A DNA stretch of 64,000 nucleotides from Candidatus Ryanbacteria bacterium RIFCSPHIGHO2_02_FULL_45_17b (GTDB taxonomy: Bacteria > Patescibacteriota > Minisyncoccia > Ryanbacterales > 2-02-FULL-48-12): contig MHNO01000009.1 of NCBI GenBank assembly GCA_001819815.1, forward strand, positions 147,016 to 211,015, given 5' to 3'. A model generated the notes under the pieces. It did not search any database, was not told where the DNA came from, and worked only from the letters and a program-made list of their open reading frames with translations. Positions 37,367 through 47,348 of the stretch are shown one piece after another; positions within the stretch are counted from its first letter, which is position 1; every line of letters starts with the position of its first letter. Position numbers and translations under genes: made by a program.

Positions 37367-38170
37367 TTATTCAGTGAGGCGGCAAATTTCTTGCACCGCC
37401 ATCGCTTCTTCTTCTGTGCAATCCCATTCTACCTTTCCCAGCCATTCGAGTAACATAGTAGCAACTTTCTGCTCTATTGCGAACGTATCTGGAAAATCTC
37501 CGAACAATCTATGCCGCCCGCCATCTATCGTACTCATTTGCAATCCTGAACGAGCTGCATGGTTGAAGTAAGCAGCAGAAATGTCACCCAATGTTTTAGT
37601 TACAATAGCATCACCACGGTATCGAATGATATGACATCGTGAGATATTTTCTAAGATGCCAAAAACTTCCGAGTCCCGCCATGATCCTTCAGAAAATTGG
37701 GGCTCCCAATTTTGAAAGGTGATATCTTGCTCCATCACCTTGCGCGCGTAAGCTGCAGGCGCAGACAATATGCAAGCGTCGACATCCTGTCTCTCCGCAA
37801 CGGCATGAATCGCGATGGGACAACCCATACCATGCCCCATGACCACCAACTCCTCAGGGTTATAGGTTTTCCTCGTGTGCTCAACGACCGCTTTGGTATC
37901 TCTCACACGTGTAAAAAGTCCTGTTTCTTCTTTTATTTTCTTCTCCAACCATCCAACTCCCATGCCATAATAGTCAAACGTTACGGCCCCCCATCCTGCA
38001 TCTACAAACAGTTCAAGAAATGGAATTGTTTTGTAACGTGAAAACGTGAGCGACCCGCCATAGCAAAACACTATGATTTTGCCGTTATACCCATGAACAG
38101 GCATAAGAAGGGTCCTTGTTACAGGAAAAACACCCATTTCAACCGTCTCAACAACATACCTTCCAGACAT
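37367..38170 (-). CDS. Alpha/beta-hydrolase-fold protein with Gly in place of the catalytic Ser
   Basis: FDYYGMG, GHGMG elbow, LSAPA, GDAIV, GGRH; strong SD GAAGGAGG. Confidence 0.7.
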   Translation of the reverse strand: MSGRYVVETVEMGVFPVTRTLLMPVHGYNGKIIVFCYGGSLTFSRYKTIPFLELFVDAGWGAVTFDYYGMGVGWLEKKIKEETGLFTRVRDTKAVVEHTRKTYNPEELVVMGHGMGCPIAIHAVAERQDVDACILSAPAAYARKVMEQDITFQNWEPQFSEGSWRDSEVFGILENISRCHIIRYRGDAIVTKTLGDISAAYFNHAARSGLQMSTIDGGRHRLFGDFPDTFAIEQKVATMLLEWLGKVEWDCTEEEAMAVQEICRLTE

Positions 38171-38183
38171 AGAAGAACCTCCT

Positions 38184-38915
38184 TCAATCGGTTTTTTGCA
38201 ATCGTAGACTTCGCATATATGCTCGACGCCGCCGACGCTCGCGTCTGCTACCACGAGCTACTGCGTGAAGCATTTTTAGCACAGACGACACCCGTGGATC
38301 TCCATGCCATGTTTCACGTATCATATCGCGTAAACTATGCATAATATCCGGTTCCCCTTTACTAGTATCTTCTGCTACTTGTGCCGCGAGGATACCTATA
38401 TACGACAGTTTTCTTTCTATCGCATGTTTTTTATTCGGCGGGGTAAAAAAAAGATTCAAGCCATCTTTCCAGCGCCGGTAACTGATAACCAAAAATGGTG
38501 CGACTATGCCTGAGAGAAAAATATCCGCCATGGTATCACCATTCCCCACCTGCGCAATACTGTTGAAAAATCCGCTCGTATCATAGAGGAGCTCAATTCC
38601 TTCCCATGCAAAAACAGACAAGAAGATGATGAGGAGCCATGAAAGTGCCTCTTCTTTCAGGCGAGAGAACTGAAACTCTATTGGATGATATCGTTCACAA
38701 TATGACAGAAGAATCCACATGTGAAAACTAGGCCATATCAAATGAGCACATTCGTCGATAAACCATTCCCACGTGCCAATGGTAGCGGTACCCCACATGA
38801 AATACCCGCCGCAAGTAAAAGCTATGTTAAAGATCAACACATACCGCACGTGAGTATTTTTGAAAAAATGCCTTAATCGTGCCATACGCGACAAAGGCTT
38901 CGTATACTCTTGCAT
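38184..38915 (-). CDS. Hypothetical membrane protein (DUF2238/VanZ-like motifs)
   Basis: D..AHL, AWEGIE..YD, G.GDTMAD motifs among TM segments. Confidence 0.55.
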   Translation of the reverse strand: MQEYTKPLSRMARLRHFFKNTHVRYVLIFNIAFTCGGYFMWGTATIGTWEWFIDECAHLIWPSFHMWILLSYCERYHPIEFQFSRLKEEALSWLLIIFLSVFAWEGIELLYDTSGFFNSIAQVGNGDTMADIFLSGIVAPFLVISYRRWKDGLNLFFTPPNKKHAIERKLSYIGILAAQVAEDTSKGEPDIMHSLRDMIRETWHGDPRVSSVLKMLHAVARGSRRERRRRRAYMRSLRLQKTD

Positions 38916-39001
38916 CGCGCACCTCCAAGCTCTATTTGCTCAAACAGTATAATAAAGTTGCTATTCTTGCAAGCAATTCTGCCACAGCGTATAACAGAGG
39001 C

Positions 39002-40303
39002 ATGTCGGTTCTCTTTTCATCCATACGACAGTCCATTCCCCAAACACCCGGGGTATATTTTTTCCGCAATAAAGAACACACTATTCTCTACATTGGAAAA
39101 GCAGTAAATTTGCGTTCTCGACTGTCTTCATATTTTCTTAAAAGCACCCTGTTGGAAGCGGCAAAACGACGCATGCTCCGTGAAGCAGAACACATAACGT
39201 GGCAAGAGACAGAAACAGAAATTGAAGCGCTTCTCTTGGAAGCATCTCTTATTAAAAAACACATCCCGCCCTACAACATCGTAATGCGTGATGACAAGCA
39301 ATATCTCTTTGTAGGGTTTAGCAAAGAACGATTTCCGCGCATCTTTTTTACGCATCAGCCCCTTTCTCTTGGAACACGAAACATGAAACATGAAACACAG
39401 TTTATAGGACCGTTCACCGAGAGCAGAATCATAAAAAATCTACTACGTTCGCTTCGAAAAACATTTCCCTATTGCACATGCAAGACAAACCATAACCGCG
39501 TATGCCAGCGCGGCGAGCTGGGGCTCTGCGCTAGAATATGCTGTCAAAAAAATTATAATGCTACACGAAATGAATATGGCGCCTACGCAAAAAATATACG
39601 CTTCCTCAAAAATGTACTGCAGGGAAAACAAAAACAACTCCTTCATCGTTTTCACACGGATATGAACCACGCAAGCAAACACCAAGAATTTGAAACTGCC
39701 GCGCGCCTGCGCAATTATGTCTATGCCCTCAAACGCATTTTTGAACATCATTCCCCGCTAAAAAAAGAATACGCGATGGAAAATCAAAAAGGGCTCCATG
39801 AGCTTCGTCTCCTCTTAAAGCTTCCTTCCTACCCCAAACGAATAGAGGGATATGATATATCAAATATACAAGGAACACATGCCGTGGGATCCATGGTCGT
39901 GTTCACCGACGGTATTGCTGATAAAAACATGTATCGAAAATTCCGCATACGCACCGTCAAAGGCGCGAACGATACTGCCATGTTGCGGGAAGTTCTTACG
40001 CGCCGGCTCACCCACTCCGACTGGCCCCTGCCGGATATCATGCTTATCGACGGCGGGCGCGGGCAATTAAACGCCGCTCGCAAAGCCGTGCAAGGCAATC
40101 TTATTATTGTGTCTCTGGCAAAACGAGAAGAAGAACTTTACGCACCGAATCGAAAAACACCCTTCAAACTGCAAGAAATGCCACGTTCGCTTTTATATCT
40201 GTTGCAACAAATACGGAACGAAGCCCACCGCTTCGCGATTTCCTATTACCGAAAACAGCATAAAAAATATATCATTGCTGAGCCAAACTCTGCAAGAACG
40301 TGA
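39002..40303 (+). CDS. uvrC: Excinuclease ABC subunit C (lacks C-terminal HhH domain)
   Basis: PGVYFF..ILYIGKA.NLR.R, EALLLE, UVR domain, RIEGYDIS, YRKFRI, IDGGRGQ, RNEAHRFA. Confidence 0.92.
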   Translation: MSVLFSSIRQSIPQTPGVYFFRNKEHTILYIGKAVNLRSRLSSYFLKSTLLEAAKRRMLREAEHITWQETETEIEALLLEASLIKKHIPPYNIVMRDDKQYLFVGFSKERFPRIFFTHQPLSLGTRNMKHETQFIGPFTESRIIKNLLRSLRKTFPYCTCKTNHNRVCQRGELGLCARICCQKNYNATRNEYGAYAKNIRFLKNVLQGKQKQLLHRFHTDMNHASKHQEFETAARLRNYVYALKRIFEHHSPLKKEYAMENQKGLHELRLLLKLPSYPKRIEGYDISNIQGTHAVGSMVVFTDGIADKNMYRKFRIRTVKGANDTAMLREVLTRRLTHSDWPLPDIMLIDGGRGQLNAARKAVQGNLIIVSLAKREEELYAPNRKTPFKLQEMPRSLLYLLQQIRNEAHRFAISYYRKQHKKYIIAEPNSART

Positions 40304-41630
40304 TTTGTTCCTGGTACGTATCTACCTTTGCAAGTACTTGGTTCGCGTAGGAACGGCCGAGATAGGAATCCCAATTTCCTCCGGCAAAATACTTCGCGGC
40401 GGCTTTAAGCTCCGCGTTCCTCCCGCCCGAGGCACCGTTGTCACGAAGCAACAAGCCTGAAGCGGTAAAGGCATCACGCGGCACCCAAGGATTGGCCGGC
40501 GCATTGCCAGTTAGGCGAGAAATTGCCTCTTTATACAAAATCCACGTGGAAGGAATAAACTGCGCGGGACCCATGGCACCCCCCCACCCCACCTGCTCTC
40601 CTTTTGAATCGCGCATAGGACACGATAATGGCATAGCGTTTGGATCAAGCCCTAATTCTTTTGTTATTTGAAGATACGGCTCATGATCACGGCTAGGTTT
40701 CATTACGCTCTGCCATTTGTACTTCGGCGGGTCAGTGGCAAGATTACACTGTCCGATATTTCGCCCCAACTCTGATTCCTGCGCGATGATGCCTAAAATA
40801 AACGCGGCACGAACTCCGGTTTGACTGGAGGCAAATTCCGCGTGGCGCAATGCTTCTTCAAATGGAATTGCTGGAGACCCTTGTAGCGTGAAAAGCTCGC
40901 TTCGAATAGCCGCCGCGCGCGTTCTTTTTGCATCGGCATGCTGACGATAATTTGCCTCCTCTCCGCGTGTAACTTTTAAAATACGTTGCTTTTCATTTTC
41001 TTTTGCTTCTTGCTGGCGTTTCTCGATTTCTTGCAACGTACGAAGTTCTGTTTGTTCCTGTTTCTCTCCCTGTAAATTTTCCCGCACATCCGCAGTACGC
41101 GTAATATCAGCGCGCAGATTGCCAAATGAAGTTTGTATAGCAAACTGCAATGAGTCTATCGTATCGACCTCTACAAAAAAATCAGACAAATCATCATACC
41201 CTAGCAACAACTCAATAAGCGACACATTGTCATATTCATGTAATTTGCGTAACGCCTCGGCCAGAGACGCGCGTTCGCGACCAATAACACCCGACATTTC
41301 TTGAATAGAAAGAGATTTTTGATCAATAGAAGCGGCAAGCGCCACAATAGCAAGATTTCTTCGGCGAATTTCAAGTTTCGCGCGAGTAACTTCGGCATCA
41401 ATAATATCAATGTCACGCTTTATAGAAGCGCCCTCGCTCTGTTTTTTGGCAATAAGAATATCAAAACCCGCAATCTGATTCTCAAGATCCTTCAATTCTG
41501 ACTGCAACTGCGCTCTCCGCGTCTGCACAACATTACTTGCTTCCTCCGCATACGCAAAACCCGCCGCCGCTAACAAAAACAGCGCCCCCGCAAATAAAAC
41601 ATATATATGCTTATATAAAAGCCTGTTCAA
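40272..41630 (-). CDS. Secreted coiled-coil protein with C-terminal lytic transglycosylase (SLT) domain
   Basis: Signal peptide, long coiled coil, AQESELG, GAMGPAQFIPSTW. Confidence 0.85.
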   Translation of the reverse strand: MNRLLYKHIYVLFAGALFLLAAAGFAYAEEASNVVQTRRAQLQSELKDLENQIAGFDILIAKKQSEGASIKRDIDIIDAEVTRAKLEIRRRNLAIVALAASIDQKSLSIQEMSGVIGRERASLAEALRKLHEYDNVSLIELLLGYDDLSDFFVEVDTIDSLQFAIQTSFGNLRADITRTADVRENLQGEKQEQTELRTLQEIEKRQQEAKENEKQRILKVTRGEEANYRQHADAKRTRAAAIRSELFTLQGSPAIPFEEALRHAEFASSQTGVRAAFILGIIAQESELGRNIGQCNLATDPPKYKWQSVMKPSRDHEPYLQITKELGLDPNAMPLSCPMRDSKGEQVGWGGAMGPAQFIPSTWILYKEAISRLTGNAPANPWVPRDAFTASGLLLRDNGASGGRNAELKAAAKYFAGGNWDSYLGRSYANQVLAKVDTYQEQITFLQSLAQQ

Positions 41631-41676
41631 AATCTAACCGCTTAAAAGGTAAAAATACGCGATAAATATAGAGAGC

Positions 41677-42369
41677 CTATTTCTTTTCTTTATTTTCAGC
41701 AGTTGTGGAAATTTCTTCACTTGACTCCTCTTCGGTTTCTTTTTCTTTCTTTCCCGCAAGTTCGATGTTTTCCAAAGAAACTTCCGCTGGTTGTTCCATC
41801 GCGGCAAGTTCTTCCTCACTGCGTGGCGCTTCTACCAATACTATCACTTGGTCAGGTTCTATGCGCAACTCTACTCCTTCCGGCAATGGAATATCTTTTA
41901 CAAAAATTTGATCCTCAAACGCATGCAAAACCGATATGTCAACGGCAATTTCATGAGGAAGGTCTTTCGGCAATGCCCGAATAGGCAATTCATGAATAAC
42001 TTTCACCAAAACACCGCCCAAAGATTTAACCGCTTCCGCTTCACCGGTGAACACAAGAGGAATATCGGCTTCCAATTCGCGATCCATGCGCACCGCATAA
42101 AAATCCACATGAATCGGAAAATCTCGCAATACATCTCGTGAAACATCCTGAATAAGAACAGTTTTTTGCGAGCCATCTTCCAAACTCAACGAAACTAAAG
42201 AAGTTTCGCCTACTGCTTTCCATACTTTCTCAAACACGCGAGAATCAACTTCCACTGATTTGGGTTCTACTCCGTAGCCATACAAAACAGCTGGAATAGA
42301 GCCTCTATTCCGAATATGTTTGGCTTTTTTACCAAGCTCCAGACGTGTTTTTGCTACTAACTCCAACAT
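41677..42369 (-). CDS. rplY: 50S ribosomal protein L25/CTC
   Basis: IPAVLYG, HVDFY, GGVL, ALPKDLP; acidic tail. Confidence 0.95.
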   Translation of the reverse strand: MLELVAKTRLELGKKAKHIRNRGSIPAVLYGYGVEPKSVEVDSRVFEKVWKAVGETSLVSLSLEDGSQKTVLIQDVSRDVLRDFPIHVDFYAVRMDRELEADIPLVFTGEAEAVKSLGGVLVKVIHELPIRALPKDLPHEIAVDISVLHAFEDQIFVKDIPLPEGVELRIEPDQVIVLVEAPRSEEELAAMEQPAEVSLENIELAGKKEKETEEESSEEISTTAENKEKK

Positions 42370-42416
42370 GTACTAAGGCTAGCACAGAAGACTCACTCTG
42401 GGAAGATGGCCCATGG

Positions 42417-42503
42417 AACCATCAAAAATGTGCTTAGAAAAAGTCTGGCCGAGCGATAGCGAAGGAGAGCCGAGGACTTTTTCTAAGCACATTTTTGATG
42501 GTT
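42417..42503. repeat. Intergenic stem-loop with 29-bp perfect arms
   Basis: AACCATCAAAAATGTGCTTAGAAAAAGTC and its exact reverse complement around a 29-nt GC-rich loop. Confidence 0.9.
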
Positions 42504-42544
42504 TACCACGCTCAAGGTTTAAGGAAAAAATAAGTAACCATGGT

Positions 42545-43447
42545 CTACCTGCCGCCCGCCGATTCAAATAAATCCGCATACCGTTTAAAATTGTCCGCGA
42601 TAGTATGGGCAGTCTCCTCGCGAGTCGCATGTTTCTCGTGGTAATGAAGAAGCGGCTCCTTGAAGACCGTCCGCCCCACAGCAAAACCAATGACCCCATC
42701 TACGCGCGCCGAAGCACCCAGCCATACGCGCACTTTCTCATCGCTTTCCCCACGCCCTAAAACTACAATACCAACATCATTTCTGCCACCGCTTCGCGCC
42801 GCCTCGGCAATAGACCCCATGTCTTCTGACGACTCTAATCCTTCCAATTTCCATACGTCTGGTTCCACGCCATCCGCTTGCAACTCCCTCACAGCAGACC
42901 TCATGAGCCCCGCACGCATTGTCTTTTCATATACATCTTCGCTCCCGCCGCATGATGCAAGCTGTTCAGAAGTAGCTGGCACAAGCAATTCAAAAAGAAA
43001 CTTGTATCCTTCTTTGTGACAATACGCACTCAACATGACAAGTTTTTCTATTTGTTTTTTATTTCCTTGGGTATCTCCCCCCGTATTATATCTTACAAGA
43101 ACCTTTACATAGTCTGGCGAAAACTTTTCGATATGCTCCGCAAAATCATCCCCATACTCAAAATCGAACTCATCCTGTCCGGATTTTTCTATGGTAAGAA
43201 TACGCGTTACGCCGCGTTCTCTTGCTTCGTTTTGGATGCGCGATCCAAATTGTTCATCAACTAAAATGGCAGCCGCATGGGATGGTACACCTTGCTCCAA
43301 TGCCATAAGAAACCCTTCATATATAATATGCTTATAATCGGAAAGAACGGCAGTGGCCGTCTCATCCACATGTGCCGGATCAAATCCGAACATTTTAATA
43401 AAAGATCCGCGATGATCAAAAGGCAAAATATATAACTTTTTTCTCAT
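42545..43447 (-). CDS. DUF2090 / class I aldolase-like TIM-barrel protein
   Basis: LPFDHRGS, ILVDEQFG, YVKVLVRYN, FELLVP, DVWKLEG, VLGRG, GFAVGRT. Confidence 0.8.
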   Translation of the reverse strand: MRKKLYILPFDHRGSFIKMFGFDPAHVDETATAVLSDYKHIIYEGFLMALEQGVPSHAAAILVDEQFGSRIQNEARERGVTRILTIEKSGQDEFDFEYGDDFAEHIEKFSPDYVKVLVRYNTGGDTQGNKKQIEKLVMLSAYCHKEGYKFLFELLVPATSEQLASCGGSEDVYEKTMRAGLMRSAVRELQADGVEPDVWKLEGLESSEDMGSIAEAARSGGRNDVGIVVLGRGESDEKVRVWLGASARVDGVIGFAVGRTVFKEPLLHYHEKHATREETAHTIADNFKRYADLFESAGGR

Positions 43448-43463
43448 ATGTTTGAGTTACGTT

Positions 43464-43559
43464 CTACCCCATTGCGTATACTAAACATGTTCTTTACGGC
43501 CAACAGGTGTATACATAGAAGGACGTCGTAGAACATGTTTAGTATACGCAATGGGGTAG
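43464..43559. repeat. Intergenic stem-loop with 30-bp perfect arms
   Basis: CTACCCCATTGCGTATACTAAACATGTTCT and its exact reverse complement at 43530-43559. Confidence 0.9.
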
Positions 43560-43585
43560 TAATAATTTTGTAATCCACAATTATA

Positions 43586-44542
43586 TTACGTCTCTAGAAT
43601 ATGCTTTGTTTTTATAAACCGAAGCGTGCGAGGCAATAAAGACATCACTACCGAGTGTGTAATTATACTCTCCCCTTCAAACACCACCCCATCTGCGAGA
43701 GGCCCATCAATAACGCCTGTAGCGGTAAATGTAACATACTCGCTTTTGGCAAGATCTCGTGCAGAAAAAACTTTTTTTGCTTCCCGCGCGCCTAATTTTT
43801 TCAGTTCTTTCTCCTGACGTTCATCACTCGGCTTCCAGCGGCACATAATCTCACCATCCAGACAACGCAACGCCGCGGCCGCTAACACCGCTTCCGTACT
43901 TCCCCCGATGCCCAAGAGCATATCTATAGGAGACTCAGGCAAACAAGTGGCTATCGCCATCGCGACATCCCCATCGCTAAACAATCGCACGCGCGCTCCT
44001 GCGTGTCGAATTTGTTGAATCAAGTCCTCATGGCGCGGCCGGTCAAGCACAGCAACCGTAACTTCTCCCACGTCTTTCCCCAAAACATGCGCGACTTTTT
44101 TAATTGCGGTTTTTACCGGCATATCAAGATCAACCGCCCCGCGCGCTTCCGGCCCGACGGCAATTTTTTCCATATATCCGTCAAACGCTTTGTAAATAGA
44201 ACCGCGCGGACCTGTGGCAATAACCGCAAGCGCGTTCGGGCGTCCGTATGCCACACTATCCGTACATTCTAATGGATCCACCGCAATATCAACCAATACG
44301 CCTCGACCCGTTCCCAGCTTTTCCCCCACAAAAAGCTCCGGTGCCTCATCCTTGGCCCCTTCCCCGATAACAACCTCACCGGAAAAATCAATCTTATTGA
44401 ACACCTTCCGCATAGCATCCACCGCCGCCCTATCAGCCGCTTTTCCATCTCCCCTGCCAACCCAGCGGGAAGCCGCAATGGCCGCTTGTTCTGTCGCATT
44501 CAAAAACTCAAGCGCGAGACCCATATATGGTATGGTTTTCAT
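43586..44542 (-). CDS. glpX: Class II fructose-1,6-bisphosphatase
   Basis: TEQAA, VVIGEG.KDEAP, DIAVDPLE.T, YMEK, LDRPRH, DGDV, ATGV.DG. Confidence 0.95.
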   Translation of the reverse strand: MKTIPYMGLALEFLNATEQAAIAASRWVGRGDGKAADRAAVDAMRKVFNKIDFSGEVVIGEGAKDEAPELFVGEKLGTGRGVLVDIAVDPLECTDSVAYGRPNALAVIATGPRGSIYKAFDGYMEKIAVGPEARGAVDLDMPVKTAIKKVAHVLGKDVGEVTVAVLDRPRHEDLIQQIRHAGARVRLFSDGDVAMAIATCLPESPIDMLLGIGGSTEAVLAAAALRCLDGEIMCRWKPSDERQEKELKKLGAREAKKVFSARDLAKSEYVTFTATGVIDGPLADGVVFEGESIITHSVVMSLLPRTLRFIKTKHILET

Positions 44543-44611
44543 AATAGACCTGTTTATCATGTTCGTAACGAAATCTAAACATGTAACTCTTCATTATTTT
44601 TGAGATGGGAT

Positions 44612-45616
44612 CTAGATTTTCTTCGGTCTATAATCTGCCGGCGCGTTTTGGAGATATTCTTCAAGTTTCTCACGCGTTAGAAGCCCTTCCCGCGCGCCAA
44701 TATATTGTACTACAGACATGGAGTTTATCGGAGCCCACCGAAGCGCGTCTTCCATACTCATTCCCAAAGCAAGCGCCACCACAAACGTGGAAGAAAATGC
44801 GTCTCCCGCGCCCGTGCGTTCAAAAGGCGGCTTTTCGTCGGGGTATGGAGGCATAAAATAAACAGACGCTCCATCAGAAGCATATGCCCCTTTCGGACCA
44901 TCGGTAAGCACGGTAATTTTTGGTCCTTGCTCGTGCATGGCGGCCATAAGCGCCTTTATATCGTGCTCTTCGGGTTTTTGAAGAACGCGCTGGTACTCTT
45001 CTTTGTTACAGATAAATACCTCCGCCCGTTCATATATTTTTTTCAACCCCTCAATGCCCATCTTCATTTGAAAGGTGCCGGGTTGAAACGCAAGTTTAAT
45101 TTCGGGATGGCTTTCCAAATAACGAAGAGCGGTTTCATGAAATTCAGACGAATTGCCACCCAAAGAAGAAAGATACACCCATTTGGGGGAATCAAAATTG
45201 GGAAGCGCGTATGGATATTGCTCATGCTTAATTAAAATCGTACGATCGTCTTCGTACCACAACACATAGTGATAATTTGTTTTTTGACCGCGGTGGATAG
45301 AAATAAATTCGGTGCCTACTTTTTCTGCCGCAAGCACATCCAGACATTCCTTGCCAAAATAATCACTTCCCACATTGCTTACAAGCGCACTTTCCAAACC
45401 CAACCGGGTAGCTGAAACCGCCGCATTAGCGCTATTTCCCACCGCAGGAACAATATACACTTCTTCATAAGGAACTTTGTCGGCAAACCGAAAACATATT
45501 TCGCATTTTTCTTTATCTACCGAACAATGCACCGATGCATCTTTGATGCGTATAAATGCATCCGTTACCGTATCACCAATAGCAACAAAATCATACTGTT
45601 TTTGAGACATAGACAT
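44612..45616 (-). CDS. PfkB family carbohydrate kinase
   Basis: GNSANAA, G.D.FG, TDGPKG, RTGAGDAF. Confidence 0.92.
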   Translation of the reverse strand: MSMSQKQYDFVAIGDTVTDAFIRIKDASVHCSVDKEKCEICFRFADKVPYEEVYIVPAVGNSANAAVSATRLGLESALVSNVGSDYFGKECLDVLAAEKVGTEFISIHRGQKTNYHYVLWYEDDRTILIKHEQYPYALPNFDSPKWVYLSSLGGNSSEFHETALRYLESHPEIKLAFQPGTFQMKMGIEGLKKIYERAEVFICNKEEYQRVLQKPEEHDIKALMAAMHEQGPKITVLTDGPKGAYASDGASVYFMPPYPDEKPPFERTGAGDAFSSTFVVALALGMSMEDALRWAPINSMSVVQYIGAREGLLTREKLEEYLQNAPADYRPKKI

Positions 45617-45617
45617 A

Positions 45618-46319
45618 TCACTCTAATGTTATTTCGGTTAATCCGTCAACGGCGATAGTCACAAACGCACTCCTGTTTTTTGCGACCACCGTGCCGCGAA
45701 GCTCAAAATAATATGTTTCCCCTGCAGAAATTTGTACCTGGGGCGGGCCTTGATCAAAAAGAATAGATACCGCACTTGACGCTGAATCAAGAAAGCCAAT
45801 TTGCTTTCCTACGCGATTTTCTTTAGTAGTAGTATTGCGAAGAAATGCCGGAACAGAAAAAAGATCATCAGAATACGCGTATACCTCAAGATCTTTTATG
45901 GAAACATCAGAAAGAGAAATAGCGTATGTTGTGGAAGGAATGATTGTATCTACCGCGCCTCCTGTAATAGAAAAACGGTACAAGATTGCAAGCGGTTGTG
46001 AAAGATACACGGAAGGAAGCGAAACAAATTTCCATACAGCTTCGGTTGATGTAGAAACAGCTTTTTCTTCTGTCTTGGCAGGTACGGACGACTCAACAAC
46101 AGTGCTTTTTTCTGGAGGTCGCGCCTCTTCGGCAATAATCTCCAAAAGGCGAACCTGTATGCGCGCAACGGCGGCAATAATCTCATTAAGCTGTTGTTGG
46201 ATACTTTCAAGGAGCGACGCGTGCGTGGAAGCGGCCGAGGGTGAAGTCGGTACCGAGAGCGCAAAAAGTAACATAACGACGACAATAAAATAGAAAGATC
46301 TTGAATAAAAATGTTTCAT
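45618..46319 (-). CDS. Hypothetical secreted protein
   Basis: Signal peptide, short coiled coil, beta-rich C-terminal domain. Confidence 0.65.
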   Translation of the reverse strand: MKHFYSRSFYFIVVVMLLFALSVPTSPSAASTHASLLESIQQQLNEIIAAVARIQVRLLEIIAEEARPPEKSTVVESSVPAKTEEKAVSTSTEAVWKFVSLPSVYLSQPLAILYRFSITGGAVDTIIPSTTYAISLSDVSIKDLEVYAYSDDLFSVPAFLRNTTTKENRVGKQIGFLDSASSAVSILFDQGPPQVQISAGETYYFELRGTVVAKNRSAFVTIAVDGLTEITLE

Positions 46320-46343
46320 GCGTAGTTTTTTATTAGCTGCAGA

Positions 46344-47342
46344 CTACTTCCTTTGTACCACTCTTTTAACCGCCGCAACAATAGAAGATACCCCCATGCC
46401 AAATTTTTCTAAAAGTTCGGCAGGTTCGCCCGATTCACCAAACCGATTCTGCACGCCGACAAACTCCATGGGAACCGGATGTGTTCGCGCCAACACTTCC
46501 GCCACCGCAGACCCCATACCGCCCATTACCTGATGTTCTTCCACCGTTACAACCGCGCCTGTACCTTTGGCGGCCGCTATAATCGTCTCCTCGTCCATAG
46601 GTTTTATTGTGTGATTATTCACCACAAGAACGCCGATGCTTTCTTTCTCAAGTTCTTGGGCGGCAAGGATCGCATTGTGCACTAAAGACCCGCACGCGAT
46701 TATAGCTACAAGTGGGGGTGGGTTTGTCGGTTCCCACACGCGATATGCTTTCCCTATTTGAAACGGCGTTTCTGGCGTCGTAAACACGGGTGTTTTTTCA
46801 CGCGCAAGACGGATATACACAGGCCTTGACAACCCCGAGGCCGCAACCGTTGCTTTTCGGGCTTCATGTGCGTCGCATGGCGCAATAACGGTCATGTTGG
46901 CAATGGGGCGCATAATGGCAATATCTTCAATTGCCTGGTGAGTCGCGCCGTCGGGACCAACTGAAACCCCCGCGTGAGACCCCGCAATTATCACATGTCG
47001 TTCATTGTAGCATATTGTGGTGCGAATTTGTTCCCAATTACGCCCGGGGCTGAACATGGCGTATGAAGATATAAAGGGAATTTTTCCACACGCCGCCATA
47101 CCAGAAGCAACCGCGGCCAAATTCTGTTCGGCAACCCCGATTTCCACAAACCGTTCGGGATATCTTTTAGCAAACGCTTCCATTTTAGTTGATTCGGTCA
47201 GATCGGCGCACAATCCCACCACATTTTGATTTGCATCCGCGGCTTCCACCAAACCCAAACCAAACCCCTCACGAATAGGTTTTTGATCCAAAGATTTCAA
47301 ATCAAGGATATCGGAAACAAGTTTTATGTGCTCTGGAATCAT
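46344..47342 (-). CDS. Transketolase C-terminal (pyrimidine-binding) subunit
   Basis: ADL..ST, GVAEQN, GPDGATHQ, YIRL.R, TIKP.D, TVEEH, GESG. Confidence 0.95.
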   Translation of the reverse strand: MIPEHIKLVSDILDLKSLDQKPIREGFGLGLVEAADANQNVVGLCADLTESTKMEAFAKRYPERFVEIGVAEQNLAAVASGMAACGKIPFISSYAMFSPGRNWEQIRTTICYNERHVIIAGSHAGVSVGPDGATHQAIEDIAIMRPIANMTVIAPCDAHEARKATVAASGLSRPVYIRLAREKTPVFTTPETPFQIGKAYRVWEPTNPPPLVAIIACGSLVHNAILAAQELEKESIGVLVVNNHTIKPMDEETIIAAAKGTGAVVTVEEHQVMGGMGSAVAEVLARTHPVPMEFVGVQNRFGESGEPAELLEKFGMGVSSIVAAVKRVVQRK

Positions 47343-47348
47343 AGAAAA

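Noticed and set aside
39002-40303. uvrC as a truncated pseudogene
   Set aside because: Both nuclease domains are intact and the frame is open; the missing HhH tail fits the generally shortened proteins here (ObgE, DnaX).
42379-42699. ORFs spanning fold-back elements (42379-42699, 24048-24314, 24187-24516, 2655-2852, and the long 5' extension of sufB)
   Set aside because: Frames run through palindromic non-coding DNA or promoters and show no protein-like features.
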